Source of the DNA: Lama guanicoe
Lineage: Eukaryota
Length of the DNA stretch: 64,000 bases
Reading direction: 5' to 3'
Assembly: GCA_013239625.1 (NCBI GenBank)
Contig: MU053594.1
Span: forward strand, 2,360,127-2,424,126
Below the pieces are notes generated by a model. That model searched no databases, was not told the DNA's origin, and saw only the letters and a list, made by a program, of their open reading frames with translations. Of this stretch, positions 25,496-38,000 are shown piece after piece; within the stretch, counting starts at the first letter, position 1, and each line of letters opens with the position of its first letter. Position numbers and translations under genes: made by a program.

Positions 25496-28389
25496 GTAAG
25501 TGGTTCGGCCGTGGCTGTCAGAGCCGTGTCAGCTCGGCAGGGCCCGGGGTTCACCAGCCAGCCTGTAGCTGGGGAGATACTGGTGGTGATGGGCAGGGTC
25601 TGGGTCCCCGGCCAGGGCGGCGGGGAGGGCTGAGGTGGGCGAGAGGGAGCCTGGTGGAGAAACCAACCTGTCAGAGGTGATGCTGATTTTCCAGGCTGGA
25701 GGGGAACGAACTAGTGTTCCAAGGTGGGACAGCGCATCCTGTCCCCGCCGCCTGCATGAATCACCGTGGTGAAAAGGGCAGCTTATGATTCACAAAACAA
25801 AAGCCAAGTGTGATCTGGGTTTGGGGTTGGGCGGGGGACGCCGTGGAGTTCTTTACATGAATGGCTTTATTTTTATAAACAGCTACTCTTTAGCCTGGGT
25901 TCAGTTCCGTGGGCCTGTTTTTCTGAGTTACTGAGCTTTCTGCCTACGGTGTGACGTTCGTGGGACTGCATCGGAACAGTGTGGAAGCTTGGCTTTGCCG
26001 AGCTGGGAGCCTGTCCTCACTCGCTGGGCTGTCTTGTCTCCTGCCACACATCTCCCCACCCTGTGGCAGGGCTTCTGTGCCCCCACGCAAGGGGGCACAA
26101 GGGGGCAGCGGGGTCTATGTTTCACCTTAATGTTTATCCCTGGAGTTGGATGGAACAACCATGAACTTTATTTTCCATTATGTGGGACTGAACAGAGACT
26201 TGTGTTATTAATAACTGAAATCACACGAATATTATCTACAGCATTCCTTTCTCAGAACAGCAAAGCCAATTCAATGGCCTCATGAGGGTTGAGCCTTCCT
26301 GGGGCTCAGTTCTGTACTTCCCCGAGAGGGAGGTGGCACCAAGAAATTGCTTTGTCCTTTTAAAGGTGCTTAGGTCTTTAAAATGCCTTGTAATGAATTC
26401 AGGTACACCCTACTTCAATCAAAGTGAATATGAGAGAAACTGGATTTACGAAAAAAGATAAATTAGGGAGTGTTTATTTATTTTACAGAAGATATTCTAT
26501 TGGAGCCCTTAAAGTTCTGAAGATATCCCTTGACTGATTAAAACAGAACTCCCAGCCTCTTTATCAGCAGTTCATTGTTTCCTTTATCTCTCGTGTAAAT
26601 TCTCTGGAATTGAGCGGGTTAATGTATAATGAGAAGGGACGATCTCAAAACTTAAACTGTGAAGTCTCATGATTGTTTGATGTTGGCCAGATGCAATTTT
26701 TTTTAATTAAAAAAATGAATTCTAATTTGGGTTTGAGAGGAATGGAATCCTTCCAAGATAATTAGACATATTCTAGGATGGGTGGGTGGCCACTGCTCCC
26801 TGAAGGAGGGTAGAGCAAGACCCTCACCGTTGGGACCAAAGGTGGCCGGCCCTGTGGGGGCATTAATGCCGGCAGATGGGCATGAATGTCTCTGCTGAGC
26901 GACTATATGCTTCGACACTCAGAGCTCAGGCGATGGGTTTTATGTGAGCCCTTGGAAGGAGTCTATCTTGGTTCCTACCTACTCAAAGCATGCCCCTTTC
27001 TTCTTTTTTTGATCCCCAGGGTTCTCATATGTAAAATGGGGTAAAAAAAATGATACTTATTCCACAAGGCTACCCTTAGGAAGCTGAGACGCCACTGAAA
27101 TGCCGTTGACTGCTCTGGTTTTGCCTCAGTGTCTGAGATCTGGATTGCTTCCCTGTGTTCATGAGCTGCCATATTTCCTCCTCTTGGTTGCACATGGCAT
27201 TTTTCCTTCTCTAATGCCTCCTGAGAGATTAACAGGTTTTTTTTTGGTTTTTTTGTTTTGTTTTGTTTTAAGGGGATGCTAGAGTCATGTTTCTTGCTTA
27301 TTCCCTGGAGGTCAGTCAGGTGCAACAAAACTCCATCCTTGGGGAGACCACATTGTAAATTTGTCAGTGGAATGACTGAGGTGTTCAGATGCACATAATC
27401 AAAATTCTCTTTAGTTGCCCTTTGGCACGTTAAAGGAAATTAGGAAGGGCCCTGGGCACTGGACCCATCCCCTTACCCCAAGTGAGGACTTTGTCTAGGG
27501 CACTGAGGACACCTGGGTGACTAAACCCTGTGGGAAAACCGGTAAAAACAGGGCAGTGTTGTCAGCCCACTTAGAATCACCTGATGGAAGGGCAGAATTT
27601 GAAATCAGACACCAAGAGTGCTGAAAAGACACTTTCTTTTTTCAGAAAACACCCTCGAGGCATGAGCTGAAATGACTGTACTCTGGGGTTCTGGAAAGGG
27701 TTAAGAAAACATTCACTGTGTAGATGTTGCCTCCTCCCTACCAGGCCCATGACCCCTGTTTGTGGACTAACCGTGAGCATGGGCTTTGGTTCAAACTAGC
27801 TCAGAACTGCTGGCAGGCGGAGGTGGAAATCTTCAAGTCACAACCATGAATCTGAGATTTGTTTGAGTGGCCAGCGGGACAAAGAAGTCACTCTCCGGGC
27901 AGATCCCACTTCCTGACCTCCCCATTCGCAGGCCCTCCACTTGGTCCGCAGGCAGGTCTCCAGTGGGTGTGAGAACATCACATCCATGTCAGCAAGAAGC
28001 ACTGCTTCAGGTCAACTAGAAAAGGTTCTGTGGAAGTAGCAGGTGCAACGGAGTGGGACAGGTCTGGGTTTGCAAGTTGGTTCTGCAACTTATTTAACCT
28101 TCTCACCTTCTTGAAAATCTGGAAAATAGGGGTTCTGATGCCCGCCTTACAAGTTTTTGTCAGAACTAAAGTGGAGAATAGGAAAAGTGTCATGAAGCCT
28201 CCTGAGAAGTAACGATGATGGTGAGAGAGCACCCCACCTCCTGCCCTGACACCTCCGGTGGGCCCATCTTGAGTGATTAGGGTTATACCAAATTTCTTCC
28301 CAGCTTTCCCCACACCTTGATTAGAATAGTTCAACGGGCACCTGAAAATATTGATGGGACTTTATATACAGTTTCCCAAGGGTCTAAAT

Positions 28390-28623
28390 CAGGGGCCTGC
28401 CAACTCTGGCCTGGGTGCCAAACCAGTCCCATCACCTGTTTTCGTAAATAAGAATGGATTGGAACGCAGCTATGTCTACTCATTTACCTACTGTCTGGGG
28501 CTGCGTCCGCGACAACGTCCGCGACAATGGCAGGGTTGAGCGGGTGCCATGGAGGCCATTTGGCCTGCAAAGCCTAAAATATGGACTGCATGGCCTTTTA
28601 CAGACCAAATTTGCCCACGTCTG
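28390..28623. mobile_element. MER58A-like hAT MITE with 8-bp TSD
   Basis: CAGGGG...ctg termini, internal tggcctgcaaagcctaaaata; TSD GTCTAAAT (28382-89) and GTCTAAAA (28624-31). Confidence 0.75.
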
Positions 28624-29576
28624 GTCTAAAATGATCCGGGTAATACTTTAGGTGTTCTTTTTCCTAAGTTACTTGGTATCGGATTTGTACAGCACCGATG
28701 CCAAGGGGAGATAAAACTTGTAGTTCGTTGGTTACATGGTTTACACAACGTGGAAATTTGGTTTGCTTGGCCTCTTCCTTAAAAGCAATGGAACTGGGTA
28801 TCCTAAACTCAACACCACTTGTTAGCAAATGAATGAATTGAACAACTGCTTTTTATGGTTGTTCCTTATGTTAGGGAAAGAGCTACCTAGCAACAGAAGG
28901 CAGGCTTGACTGATTTTCTTTGAACTGACTGCTTGTCTTTAAGTCCCATGGGCTTGACCTTGGTGTTTCTTTGCTGTGGTGCTCAGCGAGGCATCTTAAG
29001 AACAGGCAATGCTTATTATCAAATTATTATGGCATGAAAGTTTGCTTTCAGACTATGTGAACAGAGCAGGGTTTCACCAAGTAGATAAACTAGGGTTTCA
29101 AAATTCTCACCAACTTAGAACTCTACACTTACATCAAGATTCCTAAATAGGCAACTTTTTGAGGGCAGTTAAAAGTGAAGTTAAGATAAGAAACATCTGT
29201 AATATACATACAAGTGTTGGAACTCTCTCTCCTGCAAAAATTCGGGTGAACTTATAACAAGAAGTAATGTAGGTCTGTGGACTGCTTCTAATATTTCTAT
29301 TCTGTGTTACAGCCTTTGCTTACTAGTAAGACTAATAAACACCTTTACTTCTTACTAAGTTTATTTATTGGTTCAGTGGTTCTCGTTGATAAGGATGGTA
29401 GGATCCAGAAGACATTCATGAATTCACATGCACAGGAGGAGGTGAAATAAATGACCCATCTGCTAAGCATCCTGATGAATCAGTAAAAAAGCCGATGGTT
29501 TTCAAGGGAAAAAGCCAACCTGTCCCCCTCTTTACCCCAAAAGTTCCTGAGTCAGAGATTTTGAAAGCTCTCTTCT

Positions 29577-29579
29577 TCT

Positions 29580-29635
<56 letters not shown>

Positions 29636-29715
29636 TTAATGCAGGTGCTGGCGATTGAACCCATGACCTCATGCACCATAGGCATACACTCTACCACTGA
29701 GCTATACCCTCCCCC
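29577..29715 (-). mobile_element. vic-1-like tRNA-Ala SINE with (ATT)18 tail
   Basis: tRNA-like head at 29640-29715; perfect 15-bp TSD TGAAAGCTCTCTTCT at 29562-76 and 29716-30. Confidence 0.85.
29582..29635. repeat. (ATT)18 microsatellite
   Basis: Perfect trinucleotide repeat read directly. Confidence 0.95.
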
Positions 29716-30589
29716 TGAAAGCTCTCTTCTGATTCAAAGCTGCAAACCTATAGTGAGGAATAAAAAAGAACCAAAGTTGTCCAGACTTCTTTGCTAAATA
29801 TCTGGACATTTAATTCACTTAAAAGTCATACATTTTTGCTTTTAAATTTTCCCATTACAAAGTAAATATATTAGGGTTACTTTTTTTTTTCTCCTCTGAC
29901 TTCTTTCTAAAGTAATTTATTTCCCACTAAATGACAATGTCCACCAATTTTTCATTTTGAGCCAATCAAACCAATTGGGTAACTGATTATGATCATTAAC
30001 AGAATTTTCAGCTTCATGAAATACTTAGCAATGTTGTAGTTTTCTTGTTTTTGTAGAATAACAGTTTGTTAAGAGTGGCTTGCCTAGGCTGAAGAGGCCT
30101 CTTCTGAAACCCTCTTGTCCTGGTCATGTGATGCTATGACAAAGCGTTATTCTTGCAAGAAGGAGGCATGGGTTCTACTTTCCAATCTCTGGGTAATTAA
30201 GTGTGGAGCCTTTAGGCAAGTCATGTAATCACTCTGGGTCTCAAGTGCTCCGCCTTTAAAATGGGACTTCTCTTTTGCTGGCTGAGGGCAAGGAGACTGA
30301 ACTTGACTGAAATCCTTTCCCAGCTCCAATCGTGGAGTCTTCACGAGTGCTTATAAGAAATAAATACATATTTTCAAATGCATCCCTAGTGATTCTAATG
30401 TGCAGTCAAGCTGAGAACTACTGACAGGAAGCTGACATTGATGGCTTCTGATGTATTTTTGGCCTTTACACTCCTATGAGCCGAGCATGTTCAATCTTTT
30501 TCAGAGGGACACATATCAGCTATGGGGTGTTGAGAGCTTATCTGGAGTCATGCAGTATACCAAGTGTTCTGTTGGATCAGTCTGGATGA

Positions 30590-31068
30590 CATTTGGTTGT
30601 TACTGAAGAGATCAGAAGAAACCTGGATTTAAATAAGACAGCGGTATACTTTCTCTCACACAAAAGAAGTCCGTAGTCATCTGCAGGGCTGTACGGAGGC
30701 TCCACAGTTCCAACAATGTCTCAGGCTCCTTCTGTCTTTCTGATGTACTGTCCTTGGCATGTGACCCTGTCCTCAAAGTTGCTTCATAAATGCTGCTGTG
30801 GCTCCAGTCATCACATCTGCATTTCAGACAAGGAAGAAGAAGAAAATGGAAAGGCAAAAAGATCATGCTTCTCTATCATTGCCCCTCCATACCAACACAC
30901 AACTTCTGCTGATGTCTAACGGCCACTCCTAACTTTAAGGGAGAATAGTGTCATTCTATGACACTATTTAGCTGGGTGCATTGCTCCCCCCTCCCCTCAA
31001 ATGTAGGAGTTGACAGTAAGGAAGGAGAGGGCAGGTGTTGGGTGTGGCAACCGCCAGTCTTTGTCACA
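30590..31068. mobile_element. MaLR (MLT1-like) LTR remnant
   Basis: tgctgctgtggctccagtcatcacatctgcatttcagacaaggaagaag...tcaca, typical of MLT1 LTRs. Confidence 0.5.
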
Positions 31069-31127
31069 CTTTGAATGTATTATTTCGTTTAATCCTCATA
31101 CAAACTCCAGGAGGTAGGTTCTGGTAT

Positions 31128-31560
31128 TTTTTTAAAATTTTTTTTATTGAAATGTGGTTGATTTACAATGTTAGTTTCAGGTGTACAGCAAAGCAATTCA
31201 GTGGTACATATACATACATATATTTATTTTCTTTTTCGATTCTTTTCTACTATATGTTATTATAAGAAATTGAATATAGTTCCCTGTGCTATACAGTGAG
31301 TCCTTGTTACTGATTTATTTTATATGTAGTAATGTGTGTCTGTGAACCCCCAACCCCTAATTTATCCCTCTCCGCCCTTTCCCCGTTGGTAACCATAGTT
31401 CGTTTTCTATGTCTGTGAATCTGTTTTTGGTTTGTAAACAGAATTTGTATCATTTTTTTTAGATTGCACATATAAGGGACATCCTATGATATTTGTCTCT
31501 GTCTGACTGACTTCACTCAATATGACCACCTCTAGGTCCAGCCACGTTGCTGCACACGGC
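31128..31560 (-). mobile_element. L1 3' end inserted in a MIR
   Basis: Poly-T followed by gttagtttcaggtgtacagcaaagcaattca...; aggttctg flanks both sides. Confidence 0.75.
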
Positions 31561-32005
31561 AGCAGGTTCTGTTTTAAGCTCAGTTTCCCAGATGAGAAAA
31601 CTGAATGCACCCTGTAGTGTCATCTTGCTCAGCTCGGTGCCCGGCTCACACACAGGGCCGAGGAAGATTCTCTGGTGCATTAGATAAATCACAGAGGACA
31701 TAATGCAGTGCACCAGTGGGCAGCTGTCTGTTCACACTGTGAAAACTCATTTTTGAGGCGTGTGTCTCAGCTTTTCCTTATTGAAGAAAATGAAGTTGCT
31801 CTTTTCCCTCCTGCACTTCATACTTGAGCTGTAATGGAGGGTTCAAAGGCGGAGGGAGGGACCTCGGACTGCCTGAGATAACAGAGCCCATCTGTTTTCT
31901 GGAGAGCCCCGGGGGTCAGCCTGTGGTGGGAGCCAAGGCTTTTGCCTCCTTGGCGCGTCCTTCATTCTGAACTGTTGAGATTTTAGAAGAGTCAGGCTAT
32001 TCCTT

Positions 32006-32008
<3 letters not shown>

Positions 32009-32036
<28 letters not shown>

Positions 32037-32066
32037 CTGTGCGTGCACGTGCCTGTGTGTGTGTGT
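32009..32066. repeat. (TG)n microsatellite
   Basis: Read directly. Confidence 0.9.
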
Positions 32067-35000
32067 AGATGAGGTCTGGCAAGCAAAGTATGGGGATTAT
32101 TTTGAATTAGAAAGTGACATCTCTGCTCTTTCTTTCCCTTGAGTGGTTTAAAGCTTAGCCTCTGGGGCAGGCAGATGTGGGTTTGAATCCTAGGTTTATG
32201 CCTCACTGGTCTGTATGATGCTGGCAAACCCTCTGCTGCTGTTTCTTTATAAGCACAGTAGGAATGTGGTCCTTCACAGGGTTGTGGTAAGTGTTTCCTA
32301 CTGGGCTTGGCATTAAGTCAACGCTCAATAACTATTAGTTACTATTATTATTTTCCTGTTCTCTCTCACACCACCTCTGAGGGCAAAGTTGATGCAGCTA
32401 ATTCTAGATTGTAATTTGTATGCCCTCTGAGTTCTGCATTTCTTGTGAAATAGCAGGATGCACATTTTGTCTTGTCACTCACGGTGGAGCGGGGTGAGTG
32501 ATAAGGGCTGACGCTGACGGTGAAGCTGGCCATTCTGTGACCAAATCTGGAACTCGGGCCACAGTTTCCAGCCAACCTCAGAAGGTGGGATGGCGGCAGG
32601 CTTGTCCTGACTGGCAAACTTGTGTTTGTTTTTTTGAAATTCGCAAGGTTGGATGTTATAATCTAGTTTGAAGTAAGCAAGAAATAGCACAAGTGATACT
32701 GAAAACTGAAACAGCAATGTGCTGCCTCCTTTTCTTAGTAATGGTTTCATTAGTATCACTTTCTGGGAAGAGCAGGTAGCTGAAGAATGATAAACCAGAG
32801 TCATTCTCAGACCAGGTGTTGGGACCGAAATGGATTTGACCACACTTAAGAAATGCTGAATTACTTTTGAATCCTCTAGAAAGAATCATACATTTAATTA
32901 GAAGAGGAAAAGAGGACCAAGATTGTGGCAAGTTTCCAAGACTGAGAAATGCTGGGGAGATAGAAAAGAAAGGAAAAAGGGAAGTAAGAGAGTTGAAAAC
33001 AGAAGCAAGTTTTAATGCCAGAGGAAAGCAACTTAGGAAAGAAAGGTGTAGAAGGAAAACCAACCACTCACTCACCGTCTCATGCAAGCCTGTGTCCACC
33101 CAATGATGGGATTATTTCCAGCTAGGGAAGTCAATCAATGAAATAAATTATCTTCAGCAGAGGGATGGGAAAATGGGCTCAGGGAGGAGCACCCATGGTT
33201 TTGGGTGCGCAGCCTGAAGCATGCATGGTAATCAGACTTCTTCCTTAGATTCTGGGGAATGAAGAGGCATCTTAGGACATAAGGTATTAGTGATGGGAAG
33301 AAAATCCAAGGATATCTAGGCTGGTGTTTACAACTTTTTTGTCACAAACCCCTCTATTCAAACCAAATCTACTGCGGAACTGTGATACAAAAATCAAAAG
33401 GGAGCCATTTGGGGAGGATCTTGGACCTCTGATTGCTTATTTGCCTCCAGATTCCCCTGCTTCCTTCCCTTTATTGGCAAAAAATTCCCTTTATAGGCAT
33501 CTTCACTCTATTCTTTAGATCAGAGCCTGACAACCCTGACCTGGACCAATCCTCTATTCCTTCAGCAGGAATCCTGATAGCTGGTCACAGGTCCTTGGTT
33601 TAAACTCTTCTGGGGTAAGGACCTCAGGCTTGGAGAGAAGTCAGTCATGGTGACCCGGGTTGTCTTGGTCTCCATGAGCTTTGAAGCTGTGAAAGTCACG
33701 TTTTCAGTCTATGTCGGTATCTTGTGAATAAGGAAGGGGATCTAATCCTCAAAGATTTCCCAGGCTTGCTACTCTAACAACTTCTTTGGCATCCTTCACA
33801 GGGGATTCCTCCCACCCCCATCATGAGGCCATTGGTTAGTAAACCAGAGACTCAACAAAAAGGCTTAGTTTGACTGACAGTTATATCTCCCATCATGAAT
33901 CGAGTATTAAGGCTACCTTCACTCCCGTAGGCTGTACCCCAGACCACCACGAGTCTTGAGGCTTGGGCAGTGGGGTCTGACCCTAAATATGTAACTGATG
34001 CTGGGTCTGAAAAATCCTTCCTCCAAGGAAGTGGTCCCTACCCGAAGGTATCAGGGAAAGTTTCTTTCTTTAATAAGAATCTCTTTGGTCTGGAAAATCC
34101 CAAATGAGATATTGCTTAAATCAAGGAAGAAACAATTGAATGTCCTCCCTTCCAGCTGCATCGGTTTTTCCTGTTCTAGATCAGAATGGCAACTCTAGGT
34201 TGAGGCTGTGGGTCTTAATCTAGTGAGGGAAGATGGTCTGTCTCCTCTGCTCTGTCTCCTCACTCTGGTGCTGCCCTGCTGTAGAATTTGGGTGGGCACC
34301 TTTGGTCAGTTCACTCCCGATATGTTCTTGTGCTCTGAGTGTTAAGTCCTTTCTTCTCCCATTTTGATCCCTACTGCTCTCAGTAAAGCTGAGGCAATGC
34401 CCAATATGTCAACGAGAAGTCTGTCTTCCTCTATCAGGTGGTAAAACTCCCCTCTCTGATCACGAAAGAGACCTCCCTTTGTGCACTGCCATGTTTCCAT
34501 CCCATACGTGATATGTGCTCCTAGCTTTGAAGTGGCTGCACCCCTGTCCTTGTGGAAATACAAACAGTTTCCTTTAGAGGCCACATCTGAGGTCAGGACA
34601 AGGCACACCACCTTACTCTGTCTGCCACTCAGAAAATCTCCAAGGTACTTCTTCCTAGAGTCCTTAAAAATCTCCAATCTACCACAAACCTCATCCTCCG
34701 GTGGCTTTGGAAGAAAGAAGTCCTTCTGCTCAGTTCATGAAATCTTCACAAGAGGGCAAGGCCAGAATTGTGATATCTCCTGTCCAGGCTGGTTCTGTTT
34801 GCAAATGAGGCCTTTGGCCAGTCTCTCTGCAGCATCATTGGCCTCCCTGTCTCCTAAGCATGTCCTTTCTGCTGCTTGGGGACATCAGCTCCAAGGGCCT
34901 GAGGGATGGCTTCTGGGGAATACAGTGAAGGCAGGCTGAGATGGGCTTTGCTGCAAGTACAAGGCTCTGGGTGTGTTGGGGATAAAGAGTCTCAGTGTCA

Positions 35001-38000
35001 GGACCCTGCAGGATCAGGGCAAGTCAGGGTCACGGTACCAGGGCTACTTCTCTGATGAGTGAGGGGTCACAGATTTGGGCTGAGATTAAAGGAGAAATAG
35101 CCATTTCTTGAAAGCCTATTACATACTAGGTGTTTGTGTTAATTTCATACAATCGTCACGATAATCCCTTGAGGTGGAGATTATGATTCTCATTTAACAA
35201 ATGGAGAAATGGAGTCACACACAAGTCAAAGGATTTGCCAAGGGTCACATGGTGATAAACTGTGTAGTAGGTTTTCCAGACTAGTTCTGTCTGAGTCCCA
35301 AACAACATTATATACCACGTTCAATGCCAAGCACTTCAGGGTTGTGTTAAATACTTCTTCCCTTCCCAGCTGAAATACGTCCACCATTAGAAGGGGATGG
35401 TCTCTGACTTCATTGAGAGCAGCTGTAGCCTGACTCAGGCGCCCCTGCAAGTATGAATCTCAGAAAGTTAGACTTGAGACTCAGTCTAGAACGTCTAAAG
35501 TCAGCGGATTTCCGTCCTGGAATCTAAATTCTTTGGACTGCTCTTCCTCTAGTGGGCTGATCGGCCAAGACGGGAGAAGTGAAATATCTTTGGGGTCCAT
35601 GCAGGGTCTCTAGGCTGGGCAAGGATCTCGAACATCTGGGGCCAATTTGTTATATGTTGGGCAAGGCTTACATTCACGGTATGGGCTGAGCCTGACCGCA
35701 GAGCAGTCTCCCTGCACTGGAGGCAGAGCAGTGATGCCTCCTGCACCCTCCTCTTTATCCAGCTTCTTAGACAGGGGCCCCCGACTTGCTTCTCATTCAA
35801 GTCCCATTGAATCAAGTGAGGGTGAGAACCAGCCAAACAAGCCAGGACGCTTCCACTCTGAGGCAGATCCAGCTCCGTCACAGTTTGTAACTCCAGGTTT
35901 GCTTGTGCCAGTATTCGATTAAGTCTACGTCCTCCTAGACTAGACAGTAAGCTCCGTGATGGCGGAGATGTGGTTTCCTCTGCTCAGCAAGGACTTGTTC
36001 AATGAATGCTCTGCCGGGGGTCTCCTCCTCTTGTTCCCACCCTGGGACGTGGTGTCTGAGACGGGACCCCTTTCTGCTCTGTTGACCCCAGTTTCTGTAA
36101 AAGGCGGGCAGATGCAGCTGGTTTCTCAGGTGGACCTCTCCGCTGTCATTTCAGTCGAAAATACCAAAAATAAAACTTTGCGGGGAATTGTTTGGGTCTC
36201 TCAGTTCTCGTCACCCCTCATGTGAGCAGACTGCTGGTAAGCTTCTCATGGACGTCTCCCTCCCTTCTCGGCTGGGAGGCGTCATTTCTTGAGGGAATTG
36301 GCAATTGAGGGAGACTGGGTTGGGGAGGGGCAAGCCAGACCCCCAGCCTGGAGGAAGGAGGGTCAGAACTGAGCAGGGGACCTGTTGAAGATTGGCCTCC
36401 AGTGTCACCCAGAGAAATAAGCGGGATTTGCCTGGGCAGGGAGGAGGCAGGATGTGAGGCAGAAGTAAATGCCTTTGGAATCAGTTTAGCTGACAACACC
36501 GCTATGTACAAGTATGGCCCTTGGGCAAGTCACTTAACACCTCTGAGCATCACTTTCTTCATCAGTGAAAAGGAGGGTGAGAGAAAGACCTCTTCTGCCT
36601 ATTTCAGAAGTTGTGGTGAGGTCTCACATGAAATCATGTGTGTCAAAGTCTCTGTGCGCCACACGGCATCTTGCAAAGGTGAGCGCGTGGTTGTTTCTGA
36701 GTTCCTGGGAGTCATGATCGTGACCGGGAAACACACAGACCTTCGGCAGCTATTCATTCAACGTACCTGAGTCTCCCCAAAGAAGGGGCCCTGCACTGAC
36801 ACCGTCTCTGGGAGTAGGGAGCGGAACCCAGGAGCCTCCCTCACCCTGCTTGCTCTGTGGGAGGTCTGGTGGGAGGCGGATGCGCGCGTGTGCTGAGAGC
36901 TCTGGCTGGGGGCGGTGCCTGTGAGGAGGGAATCAGGAGGCCTGGTGGGCGACTCTACCCAAGGCCATCGGGTGTGACACCCAGAACTTTGAGGACACCC
37001 CAGGTGACCCTGAGCTGCAGGGTGGGACACCTCAGGCAGGAGCTTATGGCTGTGAGTGAATGGACCAGGCCACAGACACGGGGCTGGCATCTCTGAGGTC
37101 TCCTGCCAGAGGCACCCCAGTCTTCACAGGAAGACGTCAAGACTTAATCCTGTTGGGCAACCTTATAAGCAACACCAAATCCCCGTTCAGTGGAGGCTCC
37201 ACTTTCCCATATCTTCTGGACACCTTTAAAACCATCTTTTCATTGTCCTTTGATTTTTTTTCTCCTCTGCCCGCCCTGAGTGTTCTGCAGATTGCTAGAA
37301 CATGTGAGTGACGGGTTGATATTTCCTGGCTGCAAGGTCTCTCAGCTCAAACATTAGCAAACAGAAAATCCACATTTACATGCATATGGGATCTTTTTGT
37401 TGACCTATGTTAAAAAAAAAAGTAAACGCCAATTTAGTGTAAATTGGATGGGAAAGCCTTTCTGTAGCATGTCAAGTCCAATCTTTGGCCAAAACCCAAG
37501 TTCTTTCTTCCTGTTTGGAAAAAAATCAGCCATTGTCCATGAATGCAAAGAACACACTGAAGAAGTTTGACTCAGACCTTCACCATAAAAAGAACTCTTG
37601 CAGTAGAGTTTCAGTGAAGGATGTGAATAATCCTTTAGCTGAGCCGAGCTAACTTCCTGGGAGTCCTTAACTATTTTAGGTCAAGAACACAAACAAGCTT
37701 CTTAACGTTACAGTGAAAAGTGTTAGCAACATTTGTGACTTTGTTAGGAGCCAGGACAAGTTTGTTAACCCTAGGCTTGAATTCCTATTGTTCAATGATT
37801 TGTTTAGTTTTGCTATGAGCAAAGAGAAAATTACTTGTATTTATCCTTAGTGGGTCTTTTTAATTTATTTTTTAAATAACACTGAGCATTCAGCAGCAAA
37901 AGAGAAGCATATTTACTGTGGTTAGTTGGAGCTATTGATAATGTGTTACGTGTCCTTCCAGGGCAGGAAAGCTTGATCTTTCAAAAGGACCTTGTGTGGC

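Noticed and set aside
29416..29797. Poly-isoleucine ORFs on both strands
   Set aside because: Translation of the (ATT)n SINE tail.
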